A stretch of 23,658 nt of DNA from Candidatus Eiseniibacteriota bacterium. Its GTDB lineage: Bacteria > ARS69. Made by a program: the position numbers and the translations under genes. Of this stretch, positions 6,840 to 16,050 are shown one piece after another. A model generated the notes under the pieces. It saw only the letters and a program-made list of their open reading frames with translations, did no database searches and was not told where the DNA came from. The stretch spans positions 1 through 23,658 of the forward strand of contig JBQTGV010000210.1 of the NCBI GenBank assembly GCA_052390515.1, in the 5' to 3' direction. Within the stretch, counting starts at the first letter, position 1; each line of letters starts with the position of its first letter.

Positions 6840-8461
6840 GCGCGACGACGCGCGCGCCGGCCTCGCTGTCCGTCGAGACCTCGGGGTTCGTCGCGGCGTG
6901 GCTCCGCGGCGAAGCAGGCGAGTGGCTTCCCCGCATCCCGTCGAGCCCGGACGCCTGGGCGTCCCGCATCGCGGAGGCGGCCGAGCGCCCCCCGGCGCGG
7001 GATCTCTGGACGCGCGCGGCCCGAGACGGCCGTCGCCTAGGCGCCGACGCGCTCTCCGTGCGGAACGCCGAAACCCTCGCCCAGGGCGAAGCGGTCTGCG
7101 TCACCAGCGGACAGCAGCCGGGTCTCCTGCTCGGGCCGCTGTACACCGCCTACAAGGCCATGACCGCGATCGTCCTCGCAGAGGAGCTCTCTCCCCGCGC
7201 CGGCCGCCCGGTCGTACCAGTCTTCTGGAATGCCGCCGATGACAGCGACTTCGCCGAGATCGGGAGCACCTGTCTCGCGCTCGATGGATTCGCGCTCACC
7301 GCCTGGTCGCTGGACGGCGGCGATCTTCCCGCCGGCGCCCCCGTCGGCGACCTGGCCCTCGAGGGAACGCGGCGCGTGGTGGATGCGCTGCGGGACGATC
7401 TCTCCCGGTCGCCGAGCGGAGCCGCCCTCCTTCAGAGCCTCGACGGCGCCCTGGAGCGCGCGTCGGATCACGGCGAGTTGAGCAGCGCACTCCTGCTCGA
7501 CCTCTTCCGCGGCACGGGCCTCGTGGTCGTGGACGCGCGCTGGCCGGAGCTGCGCCGTGCCGCGGCACCGCTCTGGCGCCGCTGGGCAGGCGTGCGCGAG
7601 GAGGCCGCGCGAAGCATCGTGGAGACCGGGGCCGCCCTGGAGCGCTGCGGATTCCGAGCGCCGATCCAGGAAGGCTCGACGCGGAACGGCCTCTTCGACG
7701 TGCGCTCCGGGCGCCGTCTGCCCTTCGCCGGCTCGACCGAGGAGCTCCTCGCCCGCATCGACTCCGCCCCCGAGTCGCTCGCGCCCAACGTGACGCTTCG
7801 CCCGCTCGTGCAGGATTCGCTCTTTCCCGGAGTGGCGACGGTCGGGGGACCGAGCGAGATCGCCTACCACGCCCAGCTCTCCGCGGAGTACCGCATGCTC
7901 GGCGTCCCGCTCCCCGTGCTGTTCCCGCGCCTCGCCGCGACGCTCGTTCCCCGCGGCGTGCTGGAGCTTTCCGCGCGGCGGAGCGAACCCTTGGCGAGCT
8001 TCGTCGACGACTTCGACCGGGCCATGCGCCTCACCGGCGACCGCATCGTGCCGGAGCCGCTGCGCCGGGCGATGGACGCGCTGGAGCGGAGTATGAACGA
8101 CGGGCTGGATCGCGTCGGCCGGGAAGCGGAGCCGTTCGACACGAAGCTCGCCGCCCTGCTCCCCGACGTGCGGCGCCGCATCGGCGACACGCTCGGACGC
8201 CTGCGCGAGAAGACGGCGGCGGCGGCACGCGCGGCCGAGGCTCGCCGCGATCCGCACGTGAACCTGTACCGCGAGTTCGTGAAGCCGCGTGGGATCGCGC
8301 AGGAGCGCGTCCTCTCCGCGCTGGCGCTGTTCCTGGACTCGGCAGCGCATCCGCTGGAGTCCCGCCGCGAGGCCCTCGCCCTGCACTTCGAGAGCCTGCG
8401 GCGGGGCGAGCTGCGGCACTGGCTGCTCGACCTCGGTGAGTCCCCGGGAGCGCGCTCATGA
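6836..8461 (+). CDS. bshC: Bacillithiol biosynthesis cysteine-adding enzyme BshC (541 aa)
   Basis: Motifs VTSGQQPGLLLGPLYTAYKA, VPVFWNAADDSDFAEI, PNVTLRPLVQD, GGPSEIAYHAQL, a coiled-coil region and PRGIAQERV. The real start is ATG 6836; the track ORF from 6044 is over-extended. Confidence 0.92.
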   Translation: MSATTRAPASLSVETSGFVAAWLRGEAGEWLPRIPSSPDAWASRIAEAAERPPARDLWTRAARDGRRLGADALSVRNAETLAQGEAVCVTSGQQPGLLLGPLYTAYKAMTAIVLAEELSPRAGRPVVPVFWNAADDSDFAEIGSTCLALDGFALTAWSLDGGDLPAGAPVGDLALEGTRRVVDALRDDLSRSPSGAALLQSLDGALERASDHGELSSALLLDLFRGTGLVVVDARWPELRRAAAPLWRRWAGVREEAARSIVETGAALERCGFRAPIQEGSTRNGLFDVRSGRRLPFAGSTEELLARIDSAPESLAPNVTLRPLVQDSLFPGVATVGGPSEIAYHAQLSAEYRMLGVPLPVLFPRLAATLVPRGVLELSARRSEPLASFVDDFDRAMRLTGDRIVPEPLRRAMDALERSMNDGLDRVGREAEPFDTKLAALLPDVRRRIGDTLGRLREKTAAAARAAEARRDPHVNLYREFVKPRGIAQERVLSALALFLDSAAHPLESRREALALHFESLRRGELRHWLLDLGESPGARS

Positions 8462-9171
8462 CCGTCGTCGCCGTCGGCGCCCACCCGGACGACGTGGATC
8501 TGTACGCCGGCGGCCTCGTGGCCGCGCTGGCCCGAGCGGGGGAGCGCGTCGCGCTGGTGGATCTCAGTGCCGGGGAGATGGCCACGCGGGGGACCCCGGA
8601 GCTGCGCGCGCGCGAGGCGGCGGAAGCCGCGCGACACCTCGGCGCCGCCTCGCGTGAATGTCTGCGGCTCCCGGACGGCGGCATCGCGCGCACCGACGCC
8701 GCGCAGACGCGCTCGGTGGTCGAGGTGCTTCGCCGGCACCGGCCCTCGCTGATCCTCGCCCCGTGGGAGGAGGACTTGCATCCCGACCACCGCGAGACCG
8801 CGCACCTGGTGCGGCGCGCGCGCTTCTTCGCCCGGCTCGCGGGGTACGCGGCGGCGGGGGAGCCGTGCCGGCCCGGGCCGGTGCTCTTCTACGAGCAGAA
8901 GCTCCCGTTCGTGCCCGATCTGATTGTGGACATCGGCGTGGTGCGGGAGGCGAAGCTCGCGGCGGTGCGCGCCTTCGCCTCGCAGTTCTTCCGCGAGCCG
9001 GACGATCCCGTGCGCACGGAGATCTCCGATCCCGGGTTCCACGAGATGCTGGAGGCGCGCTCCCGCGAGCGCGGCGCGCGCATCGGTGTGACCTGGGGCG
9101 AAGGGTACCGCCGCGACGGGCCGCAGGCCGTCGTCGATCCCCGACAGCTGATTCCCGGAGCGCCGGCGTGA
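8458..9171 (+). CDS. bshB1: Bacillithiol biosynthesis GlcNAc-malate deacetylase (PIG-L family), 237 aa
   Basis: Motifs GAHPDD, DLSAGEMATRGTPELR, LRLPDG, DLHPDH, AFASQF. It lies between bshC and bshA. Confidence 0.92.
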   Translation: MTVVAVGAHPDDVDLYAGGLVAALARAGERVALVDLSAGEMATRGTPELRAREAAEAARHLGAASRECLRLPDGGIARTDAAQTRSVVEVLRRHRPSLILAPWEEDLHPDHRETAHLVRRARFFARLAGYAAAGEPCRPGPVLFYEQKLPFVPDLIVDIGVVREAKLAAVRAFASQFFREPDDPVRTEISDPGFHEMLEARSRERGARIGVTWGEGYRRDGPQAVVDPRQLIPGAPA

Positions 9172-10289
9172 AGATCGCCATGGTCTGCTACGCGAGCCAC
9201 GGAGGCAGCGGCATCGTCGCCACCGAGCTCGGGGCGGCGCTCGCGGCGCGCGGCCACGAGGTGCACTTCGTCACCAACGACGTGCCCGTACGGCTGAACC
9301 GCTTCTCCGAGAACCTCTACTTCCACCGCGTGGACGTGGACAACTATCCGGTGTTCCCGCACCCGCCGTACCTCCTCAACCTGGCGGTGAAGATCCTGGA
9401 CGTGATCCGCGCGCACGACATCGACGTGGTGCACGCGCACTACGCGGTGCCGCACGCCACCTGCACGTATCTCGCGCGGGAGATGCGCAAGCCCCGCCGC
9501 GTGGCCACGGTGACGACCCTGCACGGTACCGACATCACCCTGGTGGGGATCAAGCCATCATTCTACGAGATCACCCGCTTCTCCATCCGCCAGAGCGACC
9601 GGGTCACCGCGGTCTCCGAATGGCTCCGCTGCAAGACGTGCGAGAGCTTCGACCTCGATCAGGACATCGTGGTGATTCCCAACTGGGTGAACTCGGAGGC
9701 GTTCCGCCCGTTCCCGGCCGGACGCAAGCGCCGCGCATTCGTGCGCGAAGGGGAGTTCGTGCTGATGCACGCCTCCAACTTCCGGCCGGTGAAGAACATC
9801 CCCACGGTGGTGGAGGTGTTCCGGCGCCTGCGTGAGCGTTACCCGGTGCGGCTGCTCCTCGTCGGTGACGGCCCGGAGGTGGCCCGCGCCGAGGAGACGG
9901 TGCGGCGCAACGGACTCGCCGACGTCGTGCACTTCCTGGGTGCGCAGGAGTACCTGGAGGACGTGCTGCCGCTGGCCGACGCCTTCCTCCTGCCCAGCGA
10001 GCACGAGAGCTTCGGCCTGGCGGCGCTGGAGGCGATGAGCGCCGGCGTGGGAGTCATCGCCACGAGCGAGGGGGGCACGCGCGAGATCATCCGCCACGGG
10101 GAGAACGGATTCCTGTTCGATCCGCACGACGTGGACGGAATGGTCGCGACGATCGGCGCGCTCGTGGAGGATCCGGCGAAGCTCGAGCGCGTCGAGCGCG
10201 AGGCCCGCAAAACGGCGGTGGAGCAGTTCCGCCCGGATCACGCCGTGGCGAGCTACCTGCGCGTGTACGAGGAGGCGCTCGGCCGGTGA
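9168..10289 (+). CDS. bshA: N-acetyl-alpha-D-glucosaminyl L-malate synthase (GT4), 373 aa
   Basis: Starts at GTG 9168. Motifs KIAMVCYASHGGSGIVATELG, HAHYAVPHA, TTLHGTDITLVG, HASNFRPVK, ESFGLAALEAM. Confidence 0.95.
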   Translation: MKIAMVCYASHGGSGIVATELGAALAARGHEVHFVTNDVPVRLNRFSENLYFHRVDVDNYPVFPHPPYLLNLAVKILDVIRAHDIDVVHAHYAVPHATCTYLAREMRKPRRVATVTTLHGTDITLVGIKPSFYEITRFSIRQSDRVTAVSEWLRCKTCESFDLDQDIVVIPNWVNSEAFRPFPAGRKRRAFVREGEFVLMHASNFRPVKNIPTVVEVFRRLRERYPVRLLLVGDGPEVARAEETVRRNGLADVVHFLGAQEYLEDVLPLADAFLLPSEHESFGLAALEAMSAGVGVIATSEGGTREIIRHGENGFLFDPHDVDGMVATIGALVEDPAKLERVEREARKTAVEQFRPDHAVASYLRVYEEALGR

Positions 10290-11125
10290 GCCTCTTGGAG
10301 GGGCGTACGTCGCTCTCGAACGACGAGGGACTGCCGGTGCGCTGCGACGTGCGCCGGCGGGAAGGACCGGGTTCCTTCCCGGTCGTGGTGATCCTGCACG
10401 GGTTCAAGGGATTCAAGGACTGGGGCATGTTCCCGCCCACGGCGCGGAAGCTCGCCGAGCGGGGTCTCGCCACCGTCGCCATGAACGCCTCGCGGAACGG
10501 CGTGGCCGATCGACTCGAGGAATTCACCGACCTTCCGAGCTTCGCCCGGAACACGCCGCGGCGGGAGGTGGGCGACGTCCATCGCGTGATCGAGGGCATC
10601 CGCTCGGGCGAGCTGGGCGAAGGACTCGACCCGCGGCGGATCGGGCTGCTCGGACACAGCCGCGGCGGCGGTGTGGTGCTGCTGGCGGCCGCGGCGGAGC
10701 CGGCCGTCCGCTCCGTCGTGACCTGGGCCTCGATCTCCACGTTCCTTCGCTACACGGATCGGGCGATGGCCGAGTGGCGCCGCGCCGGTCGCCTCGACGT
10801 TCCCAACGCGCGCACCGGCCAGCTCATGTGGCTGGACCGCTCGGTGCTCGAGGACCTCGAAGCGCGCCGCGCGGAGTACGACCTGGAGGCCGCGGCGGGC
10901 CGGCTCCGCGCTCCGCTGCTGGCCGTGCACGGCGAGCAGGACGAGGCCGTGGAACCGGCCGACTCCGAGCGCCTCGTCCGCTGGGCCGCCTCGCCCGAGA
11001 AGCGGCTCCTCGTCATCCCCAAGACCGGCCACACCTTCGGCGCCGCGCATCCCTGGAACGGCGGATCCCCGGCGTGGGAGCGTGCGGTCCTAGAGACCGG
11101 AGACTGGTTCCTCCGCTCCCTATGA
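10286..11125 (+). CDS. Alpha/beta-fold serine hydrolase, 279 aa
   Basis: HGFKGFKDWG oxyanion region, GHSRGG nucleophile elbow, HGEQDEAV acid and TGHTFG His. GTGA overlap with bshA and a GGAGG RBS. Confidence 0.88.
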   Translation: MSLLEGRTSLSNDEGLPVRCDVRRREGPGSFPVVVILHGFKGFKDWGMFPPTARKLAERGLATVAMNASRNGVADRLEEFTDLPSFARNTPRREVGDVHRVIEGIRSGELGEGLDPRRIGLLGHSRGGGVVLLAAAAEPAVRSVVTWASISTFLRYTDRAMAEWRRAGRLDVPNARTGQLMWLDRSVLEDLEARRAEYDLEAAAGRLRAPLLAVHGEQDEAVEPADSERLVRWAASPEKRLLVIPKTGHTFGAAHPWNGGSPAWERAVLETGDWFLRSL

Positions 11126-11218
11126 GTTCCACACCGACTCGGCCCACGTCCTCGGGGTGACCCACGACCACGGCGCTGGGGCGTGGCCACGGAGCGCGCG
11201 AAGTCGTAGTCTCCGCGA

Positions 11219-12712
11219 ATGCGAAGAGGACTCACCGAGGCCGCGGGGGTCCTGGTGGCGGCCTTCCTCTGGCACGCCGCGTACTCGGGCTACGGGCTCG
11301 CGCCGCAGGACGAAGGGTGGCTGCTGAACGCGGCCTCGCGTGTCGCGGCCGGCGAGACGCCCTACCGCGACTTCACCACCGCGTACGTCCCGGGGACGTA
11401 CTGGCTCGTCGCCGGAGTGCTGGACGGCTTCGGGCCGAGCCTTCCGGCGGTGCGCCTGCTCTTCGCCCTGCTGCGCGCGCTCACCGTGCTGCTCGTGTAC
11501 CTGCTGGCCCGGCGGCTCACCTCCCGCCCGCTCTCCTTCGGCGCGGCGGCGCTCACCGCGCTGATCCCCGGACCGTGGCACAAGACCTTTTTCACGCTGG
11601 TGCCTCTCGCCGCGCTGGTTCCCGCCGCGCGCTGGGAGTCCGCCGGCGGGCTTCGCTGGCTGGCGCTCGCCGGGGCCGCGGCGGGGCTGGGGGCGTGGGT
11701 CCGGCAGGACGCGGCACTGGCGGCGATGGCCGGCGTGTCCTGGGTGGCGTGGGCCGGGCGCCCGCGCGCGGCGGAGTCCCGACCCCGCGCCCTCGCGACG
11801 GCAGCCGGGTCGGCGGCGCTCGCCTTCCTGGGGCCGGCCGCATGGCTCGCCGCGCAGGGCGTGACCGCCGGCGACGTTCTCGCGCAGAGCGGGGCCGGGG
11901 CGGCGTCCATCGGCGCTCCGCAGGCCGCGTCGGCCGCGTCGATGCTTCGCCTCTCCGCTCCCGATCTCGCGGCGCCGCATGCGCAGATCGTGGCGGCGCT
12001 CGTCCTCTCGCTTCCGCTGCTCGCCGCGTTCGCGCTGCGGGCGTCACTCGGGGATCGACGCCGGCGCGACCATCCCGCCGCGGCCACGCTGGGCGCCCTC
12101 GCCCTGGTCTCGCTGCTGCTCTCCAACCAGCTCTTCCGAGATCACATTCTGGTGCGCTTCCTGCAATGCGGCGCGTTCGCGTACATCCTGTTCGCCGCCG
12201 TCGTGGGCGCGGCGCGGCCGCGCGTGCGGCTCGCGCTCCTCGCCGTTCCGGTCGCGTTCGCGGGGTACGTGCTCTTCACCGACGGGGGCCGAGGCGACGT
12301 TCCCGTCGAGTACACGGGGACGGTCGCGGTGCGCGCCGGCGCCAACGCCGCTCTCGACGTGCGCGGGCACGTCCTGCACGTCCGCGACGAGCTGGCCCGC
12401 GACCTCGCGCCGCTGGCCGGGTTCATCCGGGAGCATACCGCGGAGGGCGAACCGATCCTCGTCTTCGGCCAGCCGGCCATCCTGCACTTCCTGGCGAACC
12501 GGCCGAGCGCGGACCGGAGGATCCGCTTCACGCAGGAGCACCTCGCCGCGCTGGACCTCGACTACTGGGCGCGGATCTACGCGGCCGGCTGCCGCCACGT
12601 GGTGATGCCGCGGTCCTGGGGCGAGCTCGGACCGCTGTCGATCTACCCGAAGGGGCGAAGCCCCGAGCTGGTGCGCCGCTTCGGTCCCTGGGCCGTGTGG
12701 GCGCTGCCGTGA
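11219..12712 (+). CDS. Polytopic membrane glycosyltransferase (GT-C, ArnT/PMT-like), 497 aa
   Basis: An N-terminal TM helix is followed by the loop DEGW...GETPYRDF...YVPG. Many hydrophobic helices follow, then a soluble C-terminal domain (FIREHTAEGEPILVFG). Confidence 0.7.
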   Translation: MRRGLTEAAGVLVAAFLWHAAYSGYGLAPQDEGWLLNAASRVAAGETPYRDFTTAYVPGTYWLVAGVLDGFGPSLPAVRLLFALLRALTVLLVYLLARRLTSRPLSFGAAALTALIPGPWHKTFFTLVPLAALVPAARWESAGGLRWLALAGAAAGLGAWVRQDAALAAMAGVSWVAWAGRPRAAESRPRALATAAGSAALAFLGPAAWLAAQGVTAGDVLAQSGAGAASIGAPQAASAASMLRLSAPDLAAPHAQIVAALVLSLPLLAAFALRASLGDRRRRDHPAAATLGALALVSLLLSNQLFRDHILVRFLQCGAFAYILFAAVVGAARPRVRLALLAVPVAFAGYVLFTDGGRGDVPVEYTGTVAVRAGANAALDVRGHVLHVRDELARDLAPLAGFIREHTAEGEPILVFGQPAILHFLANRPSADRRIRFTQEHLAALDLDYWARIYAAGCRHVVMPRSWGELGPLSIYPKGRSPELVRRFGPWAVWALP

Positions 12713-13788
12713 CGCGCCCGCCGCCCGAGATCTCGGTGATTCTCCCCGTGCACGACGCGGCGGCCACGCTCCCCCAGGTTCTCGCGGCGCTCTCGCGCAG
12801 CACGTTCCGCGACTTCGAGATCGTCGCCGTGGACGACGGCTCGACGGACGCGAGCGCACACGTGCTCGAGGCTCACGGTGTCGGCGTCGCTCTTCGCCAC
12901 GATCGCCCTCAGGGACCCTGGGTGAGCCGAAACCGCGCGGCTGCGGCCGCGCGCGGCCGGATCCTCTTCTTCCTGGACGCGGACGTGGAGATCGACCGCG
13001 ACACGCTGGAGCGCGTGCACGCGTTCCTGCCGCCTGGCGACCGGCGCGCTCTCATCGGCGTGTACTCGGCGCGGCATCCGCACCGTGGACTCTGCTCGCG
13101 CTACAAGAACGCGTGGATCCGGCACTCCTATCTTCGCGCATCCGGCGACGTGGACTGGTTCTTCACCGCCGCGGGTGCGGTGCCGCGGACGGTCTTCTTC
13201 GAGGCCGGTGGATTCGACGAGGAGTTCCGCGTCGAAACGGGCGGCGGGGACGTGGAGTTCGGACGCCGTCTCCGCCGGCTCGGCGTGACGATCCGCCTCG
13301 ACGAGCGCCTGGAGGTGGTCCACTGGAAGCGCTTCGACCTGACGCGTCTGCTGCGCAACGACTGTCGTCGTGCGTACGGCTGGAGCCGGCTCGCGCTGGA
13401 CAGCGGCGAGCCCGTCGGAGGGCTTCCTCGCAAGGGCCTGGCGAACGTGTCCGGAGGATTCGTCGGGGGAGTGGCGGCGGCGTGGGCGGCGGTGGCGCTG
13501 GGGGTGATCGGTACGGCGTACGGCGGCGTGGTCTCCGCCGCGCCCTTCGCCGCAGTCGTCCCTCTGACGGCGTGGGCGGCGTGCAGCGCCCGTTTCTGGA
13601 CTTGGCTCGCGGCGGCGGAGTCGCCGTGGCTCGCCGCCGCCGCCCTTCCGCTGACCTTCCTCGATCAGCTGGTCTGCGGCCTCGGCGTGGCTCGAGCCGT
13701 GCTGGAAGCGTCCGCGCGAGTTCTCCGACCGCTGCCCGTACGGCGCCCGGCTGCCCCCGCCCTGCTGAATTCAGCCCGGCCGCGCTGA
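12709..13788 (+). CDS. Family 2 glycosyltransferase with C-terminal TM helices (359 aa)
   Basis: GTG 12709 overlaps the upstream stop. Motifs ISVILPVHD, VAVDDGSTD, SRN, ILFFLDAD, GGFDEEF, DVEFGRRL. Confidence 0.9.
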   Translation: MTRPPPEISVILPVHDAAATLPQVLAALSRSTFRDFEIVAVDDGSTDASAHVLEAHGVGVALRHDRPQGPWVSRNRAAAAARGRILFFLDADVEIDRDTLERVHAFLPPGDRRALIGVYSARHPHRGLCSRYKNAWIRHSYLRASGDVDWFFTAAGAVPRTVFFEAGGFDEEFRVETGGGDVEFGRRLRRLGVTIRLDERLEVVHWKRFDLTRLLRNDCRRAYGWSRLALDSGEPVGGLPRKGLANVSGGFVGGVAAAWAAVALGVIGTAYGGVVSAAPFAAVVPLTAWAACSARFWTWLAAAESPWLAAAALPLTFLDQLVCGLGVARAVLEASARVLRPLPVRRPAAPALLNSARPR

Positions 13789-13807
13789 GGCGAGGGGCCG
13801 CTCCAGC

Positions 13808-13836
13808 TTGCCCTCGCGAGAGACGGTTGCTAAGGT
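13808..13836 (+). promoter_or_regulatory. Putative sigma70 promoter
   Basis: TTGCCC at 13808-13813, a 17-nt spacer ending in TGC, then TAAGGT at 13831-13836. A GGGAGG RBS lies just before ATG 13868. Confidence 0.55.
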
Positions 13837-13867
13837 CGATCCCCCACGAACCGCAACGGGGAGGTCC

Positions 13868-15307
13868 ATGAGGGCAGCTCGCATCCGGCTTCCCGCCAGG
13901 TCGATCTTCGCATGGCTCCTCGTCGCCGCGTCGCCGGTCTCCACGCCGGCCCGGGCGCTCGAGCCCGATGTCGTCGCCGCCGACTTCGCTGAGCGCTTGG
14001 CAGCGGCCATGGAAGCCTCGCCGCTCGAACAGGATCGGCTGTGGGCGCCCGGCATGCGGGACTCCGCGCGCCGCGTGCTCGACCTGCGTACCGCATCGCT
14101 CTTCGAGTGGTCCGGCGTGCGCGTCATCGTCGAGGAAGTGCTGAACGCGCAGGGCGGCGGCGCCGAGAGCGGTATCCCGCCGCACGTCGATGTCCTGCTC
14201 CGCGTGCGCGGCACGGCCGCGTGGACGCCGGAAGCGTACGCCGTCGCCTCCGCATTCTGGCCGCTGCAGGTGGACGAGGAGGAGCCGCGCAACGAAGTCG
14301 TGAGACGGGAAGCCTGGCGGCTCGTTCCGGCCGGCGGCACATGGCTCGCGCGCGAGCGGATCCGGCTGGGAGAGACCGCGGTCGGCTCCGTCGAGGTGTC
14401 CGCGGGCGTCCATCCCGCGCAGGACGCGTTGCTCGTGGACTGCACGTACGAGCTTCGCGCGCTGGCCGACGGCGTCGAATCGTGCCGGTTCCTGTTGGAC
14501 CGGCGCGCCATGGTCTACCACCTCTCCGTCGACGGCGAGCCGGCCAGCAGTGTGCGCGGCGGCGAACTCGGCGCGCTGGGGCTCGAGGGCTTCAGCTCGG
14601 AGAGCGAATCGTCATTCCGCTTCCCGAGGCCGCTCGCCGAGGGCGAAACCGTGAGGGTGCGCTTCCGACTCCGTTCGCCGCTCGTGCACATGCGCGGAGG
14701 CGGGTTCGTCACGACGCTGCCGATCCACGACGGTCCCTTCCGCGAGCGCGTGTGGTATCCGGTGCTGTTCCCGGACCGCCCCGCGGCCGCCGACGGGGGT
14801 GCCCGCGACGGGACGCTCACGCTGCGTTTCCCGAAGAACACGCTCGCGCCGGTGGGGAGCGTCGAGGAAGCGCGGCCGGCACCAGGGGTCGGGGATGCGG
14901 ACCTCCTCGAGGAGGACGTACTGCGCTACGCCTCGCCCATGCACTACCGGGATCTGGACTTCTTCCTGGTGGAGCAGGGCGTCGACCTCGGCGAGCTGGA
15001 CTGGACCTCCTACGAGTTCTCGCCGTTCCGGCTCGCGGGGGGGCTTCCGTTCCTGCCTTCCCTCGGCGGCTGGTCTGGCGACGGCGACCCCCCCGGCACC
15101 GAATCGGCGCTCGCGTCGATCGATCCGCACCCGCGCTCGCGCCGAGCGATCGTCGAGCCGTTGCTCGCGGGCTCGGGGCGCGCCGCAGAGGATCTCACCT
15201 CGGAGATCGAGCAGCTCCTCCCGCTGGACATCGAGCAGATCGAAGAGCTCTTCGACGACTCCTCCACGGACGCTGCCGGGAACACGGGCGAACCGGATCG
15301 GAATTGA
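13868..15307 (+). CDS. Hypothetical exported protein (479 aa), beta-rich, with an acidic C-terminus
   Basis: RBS plus ATG 13868. The N-terminus is signal-peptide-like (MRAARIRLPARSIFAWLLVAASPVSTPARA). Codon usage fits the neighbouring genes. The stop overlaps the next start (TGATG). Confidence 0.75.
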   Translation: MRAARIRLPARSIFAWLLVAASPVSTPARALEPDVVAADFAERLAAAMEASPLEQDRLWAPGMRDSARRVLDLRTASLFEWSGVRVIVEEVLNAQGGGAESGIPPHVDVLLRVRGTAAWTPEAYAVASAFWPLQVDEEEPRNEVVRREAWRLVPAGGTWLARERIRLGETAVGSVEVSAGVHPAQDALLVDCTYELRALADGVESCRFLLDRRAMVYHLSVDGEPASSVRGGELGALGLEGFSSESESSFRFPRPLAEGETVRVRFRLRSPLVHMRGGGFVTTLPIHDGPFRERVWYPVLFPDRPAAADGGARDGTLTLRFPKNTLAPVGSVEEARPAPGVGDADLLEEDVLRYASPMHYRDLDFFLVEQGVDLGELDWTSYEFSPFRLAGGLPFLPSLGGWSGDGDPPGTESALASIDPHPRSRRAIVEPLLAGSGRAAEDLTSEIEQLLPLDIEQIEELFDDSSTDAAGNTGEPDRN

Positions 15308-16050
15308 TGGAGATCTCCGAGTACAGGAGGCTCCGCGAGCACGAGCAGATGTACTGGTGGCACGCCGGCAAGCGCGCGATGCTTTCCTCGCTGCTGCGCT
15401 GGGGCGTCCCACCCGACCCGGCGCGCAAGGGGCTCGACATCGGCTGCGGCGCCGGGGGCAATCTTCCCGACCTCGCGCCGTACGGTCGGTTCGTGGGCAC
15501 CGAGGTCACTGCCGAGCTCTACGGTCCGGGGATGGAGCGCCCGCTGCGGCCGGTGGTCCTGGCCCGCGGCGAAGCGTTGCCGTTCGCGGACGCGAGCCTC
15601 TCCCTGTGCACGTTCTTCGACGTGCTGGAGCACGTCGAGCGCGAGGACGACCTTCTCGGGGAAGTGCATCGCGTGCTGCGTCCGGGGGGCTGGGCGTTCC
15701 TCTCCGTTCCCGCGTACCCCTTCCTCTGGAGCGAGCACGACGAGAGCCTGCACCACTTCCGCCGCTACGTCCGCGGCACGCTCGTCGACGCGCTCACGCG
15801 GAACCGTTTCGCCGTTCTCCGCGCCACGTACGCCTTCGCCTCGACGTTTCCCGGGGTGGCCGCGGTGCGGCTGCTGAACCGCGCGTTCGCGCGGCCGGGG
15901 GCTCCGCCGCGGACGAGCTACGTGACGACCCCGGAGCCGTTCAACTCGCTCCTGGTCCGGATCCTGGAGCTCGAGGCGAAGTGGCTCGCGTGGGGGGACC
16001 TGCCCTTCGGCACGTCGCTGTTCGCCCTGGCGCGGAAGGACGGCGAATGA
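15307..16050 (+). CDS. Class I SAM-dependent methyltransferase (type 11-like), 247 aa
   Basis: Starts at ATG 15307. Motifs YWWHAGKR, GLDIGCGAG, FDVLEHVE, RVLRPGG, WSEHDESLHHFRRY, LPFGTSLF. Confidence 0.88.
   Translation: MEISEYRRLREHEQMYWWHAGKRAMLSSLLRWGVPPDPARKGLDIGCGAGGNLPDLAPYGRFVGTEVTAELYGPGMERPLRPVVLARGEALPFADASLSLCTFFDVLEHVEREDDLLGEVHRVLRPGGWAFLSVPAYPFLWSEHDESLHHFRRYVRGTLVDALTRNRFAVLRATYAFASTFPGVAAVRLLNRAFARPGAPPRTSYVTTPEPFNSLLVRILELEAKWLAWGDLPFGTSLFALARKDGE

Noticed and set aside
11126-11218. Possible ncRNA or riboswitch in the hydrolase-GT intergenic region
   Set aside because: It has only short GC pairings (for example CCACG/CGTGG) expected by chance, and no recognisable motif.
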